64,000 bases of DNA, from positions 32,001 through 96,000 of the forward strand of contig JBFWNL010000010.1 in NCBI GenBank assembly GCA_050251055.1. Direction: 5' to 3'. This DNA comes from Bacteriovoracia bacterium (GTDB taxonomy: Bacteria; Bdellovibrionota; UBA1018; JBFWNL01). Both the position numbers and the translations under genes were made by a program. The notes under the pieces are model-generated. The model was not told the origin of the DNA. It did not search any database and saw only the letters and a list, made by a program, of their open reading frames with translations. Positions 30,104 through 39,631 of this stretch are shown here, in pieces; the stretch's first letter is position 1; each line of letters opens with the position of its first letter.

Positions 30104-30913
30104 TTACTTGTCTCCTTTGGAAATACGAAAAAGTTGAAAGCCAAAATGGTACACGTGTCTTTTTTTAATGCCGGCGGACGCGAGGGCCGCGACTTTGGTC
30201 ACGCACTCTTCAATCAAGATGCCGGCTTCTCTCAAGCTGGCTTCATCCATCACGAAAGTCTCCGAACCTATGTACTTTTCCTGGCTCGTCTGGCCGTCGA
30301 GGCTCGAGATCGCGCGTTCCAGCATTTGTCGATGAAAGTGGCGCAACCCTTGATGGGCCGCCTGGGTTTTGAAAATCGGATTGAAATGAACCCGCCGGTA
30401 CTTCCCGCCCGCGTCGCGCTCAATCAGCTCTAAACGTATTAGACGCGAGATCGCCGCGTCGGCTTCGGCATTAGAAATCCCCAGGCGCTTGGCCACGTCG
30501 CGTGCCTGAAAATCAAAGTCCGGCAATTCGGTCATCGCCAAAATGGGAATGTGATACCAATCCGCGATCGCCCGGAAAGTATCGACGCTCAAATCCTGCG
30601 TTTCACGGTGCGGGTTCAGCGTGCTGAGGCGGCTCGCCACTACGGCTCTCGCCTCTGGGTTTTTGGCTTTTTCCTGCTGCACGAGCAGGCAGAAATATTC
30701 CGTCTCGGAGGGATTGAGCCCTAGCTTACGGGCCACCCGCGCCGCCGTAGATTGGGAGAAATTCTTATTTCCGTTTGCCACGTCCGAAAGGAGTGACGGC
30801 GCCACGCCCAGCCAACGGGCAAATGCCCGCAGCGAGTAGGCCGGATTCTCCATGATTCGCTCCGCGAGCACCGTCTTCAGATAGTCGCGGTAGTTTGAAT
30901 GATTCAGCACCAT
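30104..30913 (-). CDS. TIGR02147/DUF4423-family HTH protein
   Basis: NPAYSLRAFARWLG, IADWYHIPIL, LRHFHRQML, VYHFGFQLF; start trimmed to ATG 30913. Confidence 0.9.
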   Translation of the reverse strand: MVLNHSNYRDYLKTVLAERIMENPAYSLRAFARWLGVAPSLLSDVANGNKNFSQSTAARVARKLGLNPSETEYFCLLVQQEKAKNPEARAVVASRLSTLNPHRETQDLSVDTFRAIADWYHIPILAMTELPDFDFQARDVAKRLGISNAEADAAISRLIRLELIERDAGGKYRRVHFNPIFKTQAAHQGLRHFHRQMLERAISSLDGQTSQEKYIGSETFVMDEASLREAGILIEECVTKVAALASAGIKKRHVYHFGFQLFRISKGDK

Positions 30914-30956
30914 AGACAGACAAATAGACGAGGAGGGGGGAGGATTCAATTAATCA

Positions 30957-30985
30957 GTGAACAATCTATTCACATCTGGTGAACA
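30957..30985. promoter_or_regulatory. Candidate operator of three GTGAAYA half-sites
   Basis: GTGAACA (30957), TATTCAC (30967, inverted), GTGAACA (30979) in the AT-rich divergent spacer. Confidence 0.5.
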
Positions 30986-31160
30986 CACAAAACTCCATGT
31001 ATGTATTTTTTTATAATAAATTCAAATATTTATATCAGAAAAACAAATCTCTCCATTGTTATGGCTGACTGCATCTGAAAATAAACACAAATTTGACCAA
31101 TTAAGTCTATTAAAGTATGGTGCATCAAAGCCTGAGGGGCATTTCAGGCTGGAGGTGCAG

Positions 31161-31781
31161 ATGATGAAGTCGAATAGGGTGAAAACCCTGATTTTAGCCA
31201 TGCTTTGCGTGGCGCTCGCGCTCCCCGCGTTCGCGGCGGAAGAACCCGAATATCGCTACACGGCCGAAGTCACGCTCATGGGAATCGGACCGGACTACAA
31301 CCTGGGCCAGGACCTCTTCGTGGAAGTCATCGCCCGCGGCACCGACGTGGACGCGCGCCACGCCGAGCGCGTGAAGATGTTCGCCGAAGGCGGCGTGGGT
31401 CTCAACAACGGCAAGATCCGCGATCTCGTGAAGGAAAAAGATTTCCAGTCGAAGGCTCTACCCAAACCCGCCGTGGAGCAGATGATCTCGGGCGGCAAGC
31501 TGAAGATCACCTTGGATCTTAAAAACAAGATGCCGGCTTACGAGAACAAAAAGTACGAAGCGATCGGACCGGTGGAAATGGAGATCGATCTCGCGGATTT
31601 CGACAAAGACGCATCCCAAACCGTGCAGTATGATTCGGAGCCCATCAAGAAACTTACTCCGGAAGAAGAAAAAGAACACATGCGCCGCTATCGACGGCTC
31701 ATCCAGCCACAACTGCTGGGTTATCACGTGGCTTTGCGGGTTAACCGGCAGGCGGCCGTAGCCCCTGCCCCGACGAAATAA
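31161..31781 (+). CDS. Secreted hypothetical protein
   Basis: GGAGGT RBS at 31151, signal peptide ending PAFA. Confidence 0.75.
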   Translation: MMKSNRVKTLILAMLCVALALPAFAAEEPEYRYTAEVTLMGIGPDYNLGQDLFVEVIARGTDVDARHAERVKMFAEGGVGLNNGKIRDLVKEKDFQSKALPKPAVEQMISGGKLKITLDLKNKMPAYENKKYEAIGPVEMEIDLADFDKDASQTVQYDSEPIKKLTPEEEKEHMRRYRRLIQPQLLGYHVALRVNRQAAVAPAPTK

Positions 31782-31784
31782 ATA

Positions 31785-32198
31785 TCAGTCCGTAAGTCGG
31801 GAAACCTTGATGGAAGCGACGGTCGTCGTTTCGGCAGTCGCGCGTTGGGCCACGAGCTCCAACTTAAACTCCGAATCGGACACCGGCACGCACTTACCGC
31901 CGACCACGATCACATCCCCGGGGAACGACATGGCCTTGAACCGAAACTGGGTCGCGGCGATTCTCCAGTCGGGATAGCCGTCTAAAAACCGCTGCGCCCG
32001 CTCGACGATCAAGCCCGCAATCAACATTCCATGCGCGATTACGCCGGGCAATCCTGCTTTTTTTGCGACTTCGTCCCGAAGGTGAATTTCATTGTGATCG
32101 CGGGAAACGCGGGCGTACTCCGCGAGCATTTCCCGCGTGAGCGTAGTCATCGTTTCAAACGGAATTTCCTGGGCGGACAAGGGGCGCGGGGCGATCAT
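31785..32198 (-). CDS. MaoC-family (hot-dog) dehydratase, catalytic subunit
   Basis: Hydratase-2 motif YARVSRDHNEIH, VIAHGML. Confidence 0.88.
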   Translation of the reverse strand: MIAPRPLSAQEIPFETMTTLTREMLAEYARVSRDHNEIHLRDEVAKKAGLPGVIAHGMLIAGLIVERAQRFLDGYPDWRIAATQFRFKAMSFPGDVIVVGGKCVPVSDSEFKLELVAQRATAETTTVASIKVSRLTD

Positions 32199-32596
32199 GG
32201 CTTGCTCCGCACGATCATGGTGGTTAAGGACGTGGCGACCTTGGTCACGCCCGCCCCGGAATCTGCGGAGAACTCGGTCTCGAACACCAGAAAAATCATC
32301 ACGGACTGCGAACCCCGCTTTTCGAAGCGGCTCTTCAGACGCGTCTGGTAACGAATCTCACCGCCGATGGTCGGCGGCGTGAAGATCTCGTAAGTCTGCT
32401 CCCCATGCAGGACCGAAGAAAGCGCGATACCCAATTGATTCAGCAGCTCGAACTCCCCTTCTCTACCGCGGGTAAGAAAAGTGGGTGGAACGTAACCCGT
32501 TCGTCGAGAACCCAGGAGCTTGGCGAAATCATCGACGATCACCGGATCCAGCCGGTCCGAATAGATCTTGGAAACCCGCTCATTTTCCGTCGACAT
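32195..32596 (-). CDS. MaoC_N/FAS1-like hot-dog partner subunit
   Basis: VPPTFL, VLHGEQ; overlaps the MaoC gene by 4 nt. Confidence 0.78.
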   Translation of the reverse strand: MSTENERVSKIYSDRLDPVIVDDFAKLLGSRRTGYVPPTFLTRGREGEFELLNQLGIALSSVLHGEQTYEIFTPPTIGGEIRYQTRLKSRFEKRGSQSVMIFLVFETEFSADSGAGVTKVATSLTTMIVRSKP

Positions 32597-34151
32597 AAAC
32601 CTTCCCCAGGTACATGTAATTCAGCGGATTCAGGCGGAAGCCCTTCACGCGGGAACGCACGAGCGCTTTGTTCGGCTCGTAATAAAGGGGCACGATCACC
32701 GCGTCTTGCTCGAGCAGGATCTTCTGGGCCTCGGCGTAGTACTGTGCGCGCTTTTCGGTCTTAGTCTCGAAGCGAGCCTTCAGCACCAGCTCGTCGTAAC
32801 GGGCATTCTTCCAGTTGTTGCGGTTGTTTCCGGAGTTTCCCAAGAAAACGGAAAGGAAGTTATCGGGATCGGGATAATCGGCGCCCCAGTTGGCTTCGTA
32901 AAATGGGTGCGCGTGCAGATCGAGCTGCGCGCGGAATGTTTTATGATCGAAAGGCTGGACGGAAACCTCGATATTGAGGTTTTTTTTAAGCTCCGCCTGG
33001 ATGAACTGCGCGAGCGTGAGCTGCTTATCCCAATTCGGGGTCAATAGCTCCATCTTCAAGGTACGCGCCGCGAACTCACCCGAAGCGCTTAGCTCCCTCT
33101 TTGCCGCCACGGGATCGTACTTCAACCCGCCTTGGCGTTCGTACGCGAATACCCCCGGGGGCACAAAGGTGGTGGCGGGTTCCTGGCCACCATGCAGGAT
33201 CTGCCCAATTTTAGCCTTGTCGATGGCCATCGAAATCGCCCGCCGCACCTTCACGTTGCTGGCCGGATGCTTCGTCGTTTTAAACCCCAAATAACCCGTC
33301 TTGAGATAAGGAAAAGTCTTGAGATCCGCACGATTCGCGAGCCGCTTTAGATCGAGGGTGGAAATCTCCGCCAAAAAATCGAGACGCCCCGATTCGTAAA
33401 GATTGAGCGCGGTGGCGTCGTCTTTCACGATCAGCGCCGAAACTTCCTGGATATTACCGCGGGCGCCCGCATAAAGCGGATTCGCCTTCATGATGATCTT
33501 GGCGTCGATATCATAGGCAAAGAGCGTGAACGGTCCCAGGGTCACGAGGTTTCCGGGCTTGGTCCAGCCGTTTCCGAACTTGTCGATCAGGTCCTGGCGG
33601 ATGGGAAAAGTCACCCAGAAGGTGGGCATGTAGATCCAGTGCGCGACCGGCTCCTTGAGTTTCACGACAAGCGTCTGGTCGTCGGGAGCTTTCACCCCCA
33701 CCCGATCAAAATCTTTCAAAACACCGCGATTGAACTCCTGGGCTCCTTCGATATCGAAAAGAAAATAAGCGTAAGACGCCGCGGTCAAGGGCGAGAGCAG
33801 CCGGCGCCAGCTATTTAAGAAATCCTTGGCCTTCAACGGTACTCCATCGGACCACTTCACGCCGGGACGCAGTTTAAAGGTATAAGTCTTCCCGTCCTGA
33901 CTGCGCGTCCAGGTCTGGGCGAGCGCCGGCGCCACGCGCATGTCCTGGTCGAAGCTCACCAACCCCTCCATGAGGTTCATGAGCACGTAAGTTTCGATAT
34001 TGGTATGGGCAAGGTTCCAGTCGAGCGTGGCCGGTTCGCCCGACAAACGGAAAGTAAAAGTATAAGGATTGACCGTGGGCGAAGGAGACGGCGAAGCCGA
34101 AACGAAAAGCAAGCCGACGGCCGCGAAGAGAAAGCGGGGCGTGAGTCGCAT
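32580..34151 (-). CDS. oppA: Peptide ABC transporter substrate-binding protein (family 5)
   Basis: EPATLD, YTFKLRPGVKWSDG, VRRAISMAIDK, WGADYPDPDNFL. Confidence 0.92.
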   Translation of the reverse strand: MRLTPRFLFAAVGLLFVSASPSPSPTVNPYTFTFRLSGEPATLDWNLAHTNIETYVLMNLMEGLVSFDQDMRVAPALAQTWTRSQDGKTYTFKLRPGVKWSDGVPLKAKDFLNSWRRLLSPLTAASYAYFLFDIEGAQEFNRGVLKDFDRVGVKAPDDQTLVVKLKEPVAHWIYMPTFWVTFPIRQDLIDKFGNGWTKPGNLVTLGPFTLFAYDIDAKIIMKANPLYAGARGNIQEVSALIVKDDATALNLYESGRLDFLAEISTLDLKRLANRADLKTFPYLKTGYLGFKTTKHPASNVKVRRAISMAIDKAKIGQILHGGQEPATTFVPPGVFAYERQGGLKYDPVAAKRELSASGEFAARTLKMELLTPNWDKQLTLAQFIQAELKKNLNIEVSVQPFDHKTFRAQLDLHAHPFYEANWGADYPDPDNFLSVFLGNSGNNRNNWKNARYDELVLKARFETKTEKRAQYYAEAQKILLEQDAVIVPLYYEPNKALVRSRVKGFRLNPLNYMYLGKVYVDGK

Positions 34152-34444
34152 TATTCCAAATTTACAACTTCGACGACCACATCGCCACGAATTTTAGACT
34201 GGCAAGCCAGCCTCGATTGCGGCGTCATGCCCGTGGCGCGATCCATCCGCTCCTCTTCCTCGTCGCCCATGGGTTCCAGATTCTCCGCGCCCTGCTTTAC
34301 CTGCAGGTGACAGGTCGTGCAGGCGCAAAACCCGCCGCAAGCGTGTTGAATGGGAATGTCATGATTGAGCGCCACTTCGAGGACGGTTTCGCCGGCGGAG
34401 GCCTCGCAGACTTGATTCATCGGCATGAAAGTAATTTTAGGCAT
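34151..34444 (-). CDS. fdx: [2Fe-2S] ferredoxin, ISC type
   Basis: HACGGFCACTTCH...SRLACQ. Confidence 0.95.
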   Translation of the reverse strand: MPKITFMPMNQVCEASAGETVLEVALNHDIPIQHACGGFCACTTCHLQVKQGAENLEPMGDEEEERMDRATGMTPQSRLACQSKIRGDVVVEVVNLE

Positions 34445-34452
34445 ACGCGCTC

Positions 34453-36363
34453 TCAGATGCTCCTCTTGGTTTCACCCGACTGGGCCTGCTCCGCTTCTCG
34501 AATGGCTTCCTGGATCAGCAATTCTGCCAATCGCGTCGTTACTTCACTCACCTTTTCGGAAGCTTGACCGATTTGGGCCGGGGTACCGGCCTCCATCGCG
34601 TGCCGTAGCTCCGCGACCCCCTCCTCAATCGCACGGGCCTGCGTGGCTGGCAATAGCCGATGTGCGTCAGGGAGTTTTTTAGATGCCGCGCGCAACACAG
34701 GCTCGTGCTTGTTGCGCGCGTCGACGAGTTCTCGATAGGCCTGGTCTTCCTGCCGGTGCGAGACGGTGTCCTTCAAAATGCGTTCGATTTCAGCGTCGTT
34801 CAAGCCGTAGCTCGGGCGGACTTCCACCGCGTTGATTTTTCCCGTGGCTAAATCTTGAGCCGACACCTGGAGAATGCCGTCGGCGTCGACCATGAACGTG
34901 ACTTCCACGCGCGGACGCCCCGCGGTCATGGGCGGGATGCCCGCGAGCTTGAAGCGCGCGAGCGAGCGGTTGTCGGCGACGTTCTCGCGCTCGCCTTGGA
35001 GCACGTGAATGTCGACGGCGGTCTGGTGATCGACGAAGGTCGTGAACGTTTCACGCGCCGAGGTCGGAATCTTGGTATTGCGTGGAATAAGGGCGGACAT
35101 CACGCCGCCGTAAGTCTCAATACCCAGCGAGAGCGGAACCACGTCGAGCAAAAGCAAATCGGGATTGTTGCCAGCTAAAATATCCGCTTGGATAGCCGCA
35201 CCCTGGGCGACCACTTCGTCGGGATGGAGCGAAGTATTCGGCGCGCGTCCGAAGATCGCGGCCGCCTTCGCTTGCACAGCCGCGAGCCGGGTCGGCCCGC
35301 CCACGAGCACCACGTCGGTCAGGTCTTCCTTACGCAGACCCGCGTCGCGTAACGCCTGCTCACAGGGCGCCTGGGTGCGGTCGACGAGCGGCGCGATCAG
35401 GCGTTCGAACTCGGCGCGGGACATAGGATATTCGCAGCGCAAAGTACCGGACTCGCACTTGAACTTTGCCTCCGCCTGCGCGGAAAGCGCGATCTTCAGG
35501 CGCTCCGCCGCCCCAAGGACTTCAGCGCGCAACTGGGGATCCGCATGCACGTCGATATTTAAATCCTTTTGGATGCGCTGGCCGAAGTGCTTCAGGAGCG
35601 CGAAATCAAAGTCGTCGCCGCCGAGCGCTGTATCACCGTTGGTCGAGAGCACTTCAAAGACCCCGTCCTGCAGCTTCAGAATGGAAACATCGAAGGTCCC
35701 GCCGCCCAAATCGAACACCGCGATCGTGCCTTCGCGTTTGCGATCCAGGCCGTAAGCGAGCGAAGCCGCAGTCGGTTCGTTCAAAATGCGCAAAACCTCC
35801 AAACCGGCGATGCGACCCGCCAGTCGGGTGGCCTGGCGTTGCGAATCGTTGAAATAGGCTGGCACCGTCACCACGGCCTTGCGCACGGGCTGCTTCAACG
35901 CCGCCTCGGCCGCCGCGCGCAGCTCACGCAAGATCAGCGCGGAAACTTCCACGGCTGACCGCACCTGGCCACCCACGCGGATGCCCAGGCTGCCGTCGAT
36001 CGCGCCTATTTCGTACGGAAGCGCTTCGGACTCCGTGAGATCTTCAAGCTTCCGACCAAGCAGGCGCTTCACGGAAAAAGCCGTTTCCTTCGGATTGATC
36101 GTCTTTAGGCGCTTGGCCGCGGCGCCGATTTGGGCCCCGGCCACGTTCGCCGAACTCCCCAAACTCCCCAAACTCCAAGACACCACGCTCGGTAGCAGGT
36201 TTCCCCCGCCGCGAACAGGCAACACGCGCGGTTCCCCGCTCGCCCCAGGCCCGGTTCGGAAAACATAAGCCACGAGGCTGTTCGTCGTACCGAGATCAAT
36301 GCCCACGATCGGTTCCTTGTCCTGTTCGGGTCGGCGGATGTCGCGCTCGAGCTGGATCACCAT
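34453..36363 (-). CDS. hscA: Fe-S assembly Hsp70 chaperone
   Basis: [42 protein letters not shown]; isc context. Confidence 0.93.
   Translation of the reverse strand: MVIQLERDIRRPEQDKEPIVGIDLGTTNSLVAYVFRTGPGASGEPRVLPVRGGGNLLPSVVSWSLGSLGSSANVAGAQIGAAAKRLKTINPKETAFSVKRLLGRKLEDLTESEALPYEIGAIDGSLGIRVGGQVRSAVEVSALILRELRAAAEAALKQPVRKAVVTVPAYFNDSQRQATRLAGRIAGLEVLRILNEPTAASLAYGLDRKREGTIAVFDLGGGTFDVSILKLQDGVFEVLSTNGDTALGGDDFDFALLKHFGQRIQKDLNIDVHADPQLRAEVLGAAERLKIALSAQAEAKFKCESGTLRCEYPMSRAEFERLIAPLVDRTQAPCEQALRDAGLRKEDLTDVVLVGGPTRLAAVQAKAAAIFGRAPNTSLHPDEVVAQGAAIQADILAGNNPDLLLLDVVPLSLGIETYGGVMSALIPRNTKIPTSARETFTTFVDHQTAVDIHVLQGERENVADNRSLARFKLAGIPPMTAGRPRVEVTFMVDADGILQVSAQDLATGKINAVEVRPSYGLNDAEIERILKDTVSHRQEDQAYRELVDARNKHEPVLRAASKKLPDAHRLLPATQARAIEEGVAELRHAMEAGTPAQIGQASEKVSEVTTRLAELLIQEAIREAEQAQSGETKRSI
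36153..36176. repeat. 9-bp tandem repeat (AACTCCCCA, about 2.7 copies) inside hscA
   Basis: In frame, encodes SLG-SLG within a loop insertion. Confidence 0.55.
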
Positions 36364-36365
36364 CG

Positions 36366-37007
36366 CTAACGCCCCTTCACCCGCGCGAGATCCCGCGCGA
36401 GCGACTCCAGGTAATTTCCGCGATCGCGCACCCGGGCGATCGCCGCTAAAGCCGGTCGTCCGGGCTGACGATCGTACTCCGTACGCAAGCGCACGATCTC
36501 CGCCTGACCCTGCTCACGAAGTGCCGCGAGCTTCGCCTCGAAAGCCGCCACGTCCGCGCGCGCCGCCGCGGGGTCGTCCATCATTTTTTCCTGCAGCTCA
36601 AACCAGGCTTCGGCCAAATCCATGGGAATGTCCGTGGGACGACCACCGCCGGTGGCCAACAGCCCCTCTCCCTTGAGCAAGTACTCCGTCAGCTTCTCGG
36701 GATCTTTTAAAGTCTGGTAGGCTTGGTTCACGAAGCTCATCCATTCAAGCGAACGTCCCCGCGCCTCCGTGTCCGCCTGGGCGAACCGGTCGGGGTGCAA
36801 TGCACGCGACAGGCGATAAAATTCTTTCTCGAGCGCCGGGCGATCCTGGGCGAAAGACCGCGCCACCCCAAACAGCGCGAACGGATCACCGTCTAAGCCA
36901 CTTAAGGCGGAGGGGCAAGCCCGGGGAAATCCGCAGGCGCAAACAATGCCGTCGGAAGGCTGGCCGCAGCGCTCGCAATTAAGTGGAGAAACTCGTACCG
37001 CAACCAC
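36366..37007 (-). CDS. hscB: Fe-S assembly J-domain co-chaperone with N-terminal Cys module
   Basis: [17 protein letters not shown]; N-terminal CERC...CAC. Confidence 0.92.
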   Translation of the reverse strand: MVAVRVSPLNCERCGQPSDGIVCACGFPRACPSALSGLDGDPFALFGVARSFAQDRPALEKEFYRLSRALHPDRFAQADTEARGRSLEWMSFVNQAYQTLKDPEKLTEYLLKGEGLLATGGGRPTDIPMDLAEAWFELQEKMMDDPAAARADVAAFEAKLAALREQGQAEIVRLRTEYDRQPGRPALAAIARVRDRGNYLESLARDLARVKGR

Positions 37008-37308
37008 ACGTACGCTTCGCGTTCGGATTCGAGAACACGAACCCGCGGCCTTCGAGACCGTCGGTGAAATCGAGCTCGGTGCCCGCCAGGAACAGGGAGG
37101 ACTTCGCGTCGATGATGACCTTCACGCCGCCCTTTTCGATGGTCTTATCGGTTTCCGCGGGAGGCTGTTTGTCGAAACCCAGCTTGTAGCTCATGCCCGA
37201 GCAACCGCCGCCCACGACCATAACGCGCAAATAGGTATTCTCGGCATCGGGTTCCGCCGCTTGAATGCGCTTGATCTCGCTGACTGCCTTGTCCGTGAGT
37301 TGAATCAT
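36979..37308 (-). CDS. iscA: A-type Fe-S carrier
   Basis: [23 protein letters not shown]. Confidence 0.94.
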   Translation of the reverse strand: MIQLTDKAVSEIKRIQAAEPDAENTYLRVMVVGGGCSGMSYKLGFDKQPPAETDKTIEKGGVKVIIDAKSSLFLAGTELDFTDGLEGRGFVFSNPNAKRTCGCGTSFST

Positions 37309-37697
37309 GCCGATTCTCCTTTTTTCTTCAGGTAATCGCCAATGGCCGCCTTGATGGCGTCTTCGGCCAGTACCGAGCAATGAATCTTAATGGGAGGGAG
37401 CGCGAGCTCTTCCACGATCTGCGTGTTCTTGATGGAAAGCGCTTCTTCGATAGTCTTGCCCTTGATCCACTCAGTGGCGAGCGACGAGCTAGCGATGGCG
37501 CTGCCGCAGCCAAAGGTCTTAAACTTCGCGTCGCGAATGATGTTGGTCTTCTCGTCGACTTCCACTTGAAGTTTCATCACGTCGCCGCACTCCGGCGCCC
37601 CGACCAGGCCGGTACCCACGTTGACCTTGCTCTTGTCGAGCGTGCCGACGTTCTTGGGGTTCTCGTAGTGTTCGATCACTTTGTTGGTGTATGCCAT
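37305..37697 (-). CDS. iscU: Fe-S scaffold
   Basis: GAPECGDVM, FGCGSAIASSS, LPPIKIHCS. Confidence 0.97.
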   Translation of the reverse strand: MAYTNKVIEHYENPKNVGTLDKSKVNVGTGLVGAPECGDVMKLQVEVDEKTNIIRDAKFKTFGCGSAIASSSLATEWIKGKTIEEALSIKNTQIVEELALPPIKIHCSVLAEDAIKAAIGDYLKKKGESA

Positions 37698-37716
37698 ATA
37701 CCTATCGCTGCCTCTC

Positions 37717-38931
37717 TTAGTGCTGCGTCCACTGGACTGTCTTCAAATCAACGCCCTCTTTGACCATTTCGTAGAGGGGGGAAAGCTCGCGCAATTTCTT
37801 CGCCGCTTCCACGGTCCGTTTCACCACGTAATCCACTTCTTCGTCCGTCGTAAATCGACCCAGGCTGAAGCGGATGCTGGTATGGGCCAAATCTTCGCCC
37901 ACGCCGATGTTCCGTAATACGTACGATGGTTCCAAACTCGCCGATGTACAGGCCGAGCCGCTCGAAACCGCGATGTCCTTGATCCCCATCATCAAGGATT
38001 CGCCTTCGACGTAAGCGAAGCTGATGTTGAGGTTATTGTACAGGCGCTCGGTTGGATGACCATTCAAATAAAGCTCGTCGAGCTCGTTCTGGAAAGCTTT
38101 CCACATTTTATCGCGCAGGCCAGTGATGCGCGCACGGTCACGGTCGGCGTAGGTCATCATCAGTTCCGCGGCTTTGCCAAATCCGACAATCCCCGGCACG
38201 TTCAAGGTACCCGAGCGCATGCCGCGCTCGTGACCGCCGCCATGAATGATGGGTGATAAACGCACGCGCGGGTTACGACGACGGATGTAGATGCCGCCGA
38301 TGCCCTTGGGACCGTAAATCTTGTGCGCGGTGAGCGAGAGCAGGTCGATGCCCATCGCTTCCACATCGACCGGGGTCTTGCCCACGGCCTGCACGGCGTC
38401 GGTGTGAAAGATCACGCCGCGCGCTTTGCAAAGCTTGCCGATCTCGGCGATGCGGTTGATGGTGCCGATCTCGTTGTTGGCGAACATGACGGAGACGAGG
38501 ATCGTCTTCGGGGTCATGGCCTTCTCCACGGCTTCCGCGCTGACTTGGCCGAACTTATCCACTGGCAGGTACGTCACTTCAAAACCGTGCGCCTGCAAGG
38601 AATGGCAGGTATCCAATACCGACTTATGCTCGATGTTGGTGGTGATGATGTGGTTGCCCTTTTCCTTGTACATCTCCGCCACGCCGGTGAGGGCTAAGTT
38701 GTTGCTTTCGGTGGCGCCGCTGGTGAAGACGATTTCCTTTTCGCTCGCGCCGATGAGCTTGGCGACTTGCGAACGCGCGAGATTGACCGCGGCTTCCGCC
38801 TTCCAGCCAAAAGCGTGGTTGCGGCTAGCGGCGTTGCCGAAATCCTCGAGGAAATAAGGCTTCATGGCCTCGAAAACCTCGGGGTCTACCGGGGTCGTCG
38901 CGTGATAATCCATATAGATGGGGAGCTTCAT
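37717..38931 (-). CDS. iscS: Cysteine desulfurase
   Basis: [27 protein letters not shown]; start trimmed to ATG 38931. Confidence 0.97.
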   Translation of the reverse strand: MKLPIYMDYHATTPVDPEVFEAMKPYFLEDFGNAASRNHAFGWKAEAAVNLARSQVAKLIGASEKEIVFTSGATESNNLALTGVAEMYKEKGNHIITTNIEHKSVLDTCHSLQAHGFEVTYLPVDKFGQVSAEAVEKAMTPKTILVSVMFANNEIGTINRIAEIGKLCKARGVIFHTDAVQAVGKTPVDVEAMGIDLLSLTAHKIYGPKGIGGIYIRRRNPRVRLSPIIHGGGHERGMRSGTLNVPGIVGFGKAAELMMTYADRDRARITGLRDKMWKAFQNELDELYLNGHPTERLYNNLNISFAYVEGESLMMGIKDIAVSSGSACTSASLEPSYVLRNIGVGEDLAHTSIRFSLGRFTTDEEVDYVVKRTVEAAKKLRELSPLYEMVKEGVDLKTVQWTQH

Positions 38932-39416
38932 GCGCCAATGCTCCTTGCTTCGGTGGAGGCTGCCGCGGCCGCCGTAACTCCCGGCGCGGCATCGCGCGTG
39001 AGGGAGGCGAGCGTAATGCCCTTCAAGAAATCTCGAACCTGGGAATTTACCTCCGACAGAAAAGGATGGATGTCGCACTTGGCCGCATACTCGCAGCCTT
39101 TGTCGACTTGCTCCCCCGGACCCGGGCAGCATTGCACGAGGCGCTGATCGCCTTCCATGAGCGCCAGGTATTCCGCGAGCGAAACCTGCTCCAAATTGCG
39201 ATGCAACGTGTAGCCTCCGCGCGCGCCGTGGGCCGAGTTGATGAAGCCCTGCTCCTTCAACCGCTGCAAGGTCTTCGCCGTAATTTCAAAGGGAATGCGA
39301 TAGGCGTCGGCGATCTCGCGCGCGCTCGTCACACCCTGTGGATCATGCAAGGAGCGTTGGCGAATGTGCTTCAATGCCATGAGGCCGTACTCAGAAGTTC
39401 GATTCATCTTCACCAT
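38928..39416 (-). CDS. iscR: Rrf2-family regulator, IscR-like
   Basis: EYGL, GARGGY, Cys cluster CC...C...C and His; first gene of the isc operon. Confidence 0.82.
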   Translation of the reverse strand: MVKMNRTSEYGLMALKHIRQRSLHDPQGVTSAREIADAYRIPFEITAKTLQRLKEQGFINSAHGARGGYTLHRNLEQVSLAEYLALMEGDQRLVQCCPGPGEQVDKGCEYAAKCDIHPFLSEVNSQVRDFLKGITLASLTRDAAPGVTAAAAASTEARSIGA

Positions 39417-39434
39417 AAAAGTAGACTTCCCATT

Positions 39435-39495
39435 TACGACGGCTTGAGTCGTAGTTCAATCTTTATTATATACGATTTTAAAAGTCGTATTTCAA
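39435..39495 (-). promoter_or_regulatory. isc promoter with two palindromic Rrf2/IscR-type operators
   Basis: TACGAC-N7-GTCGTA (39435-39453) and ATACGAT-N7-GTCGTAT (39470-39490); minus-strand TTGAAA and TATAAT flank the second site. Confidence 0.75.
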
Positions 39496-39631
39496 GGAAT
39501 TTAACCCCCAAGGGTCCACAAATCTGTATTTAAGCCGTTGAACTAAAAAGATAAAAGCTCCACTTACTTTATCAATTAATTAAATTGATTCGCTCTCTCA
39601 GTCTCTGCCCGGAGAAAACCGAAAAGGAAGC

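Noticed and set aside
28420-31784. Accessory block as a mobile element
   Set aside because: No integrase, transposase, terminal repeats or target duplication seen
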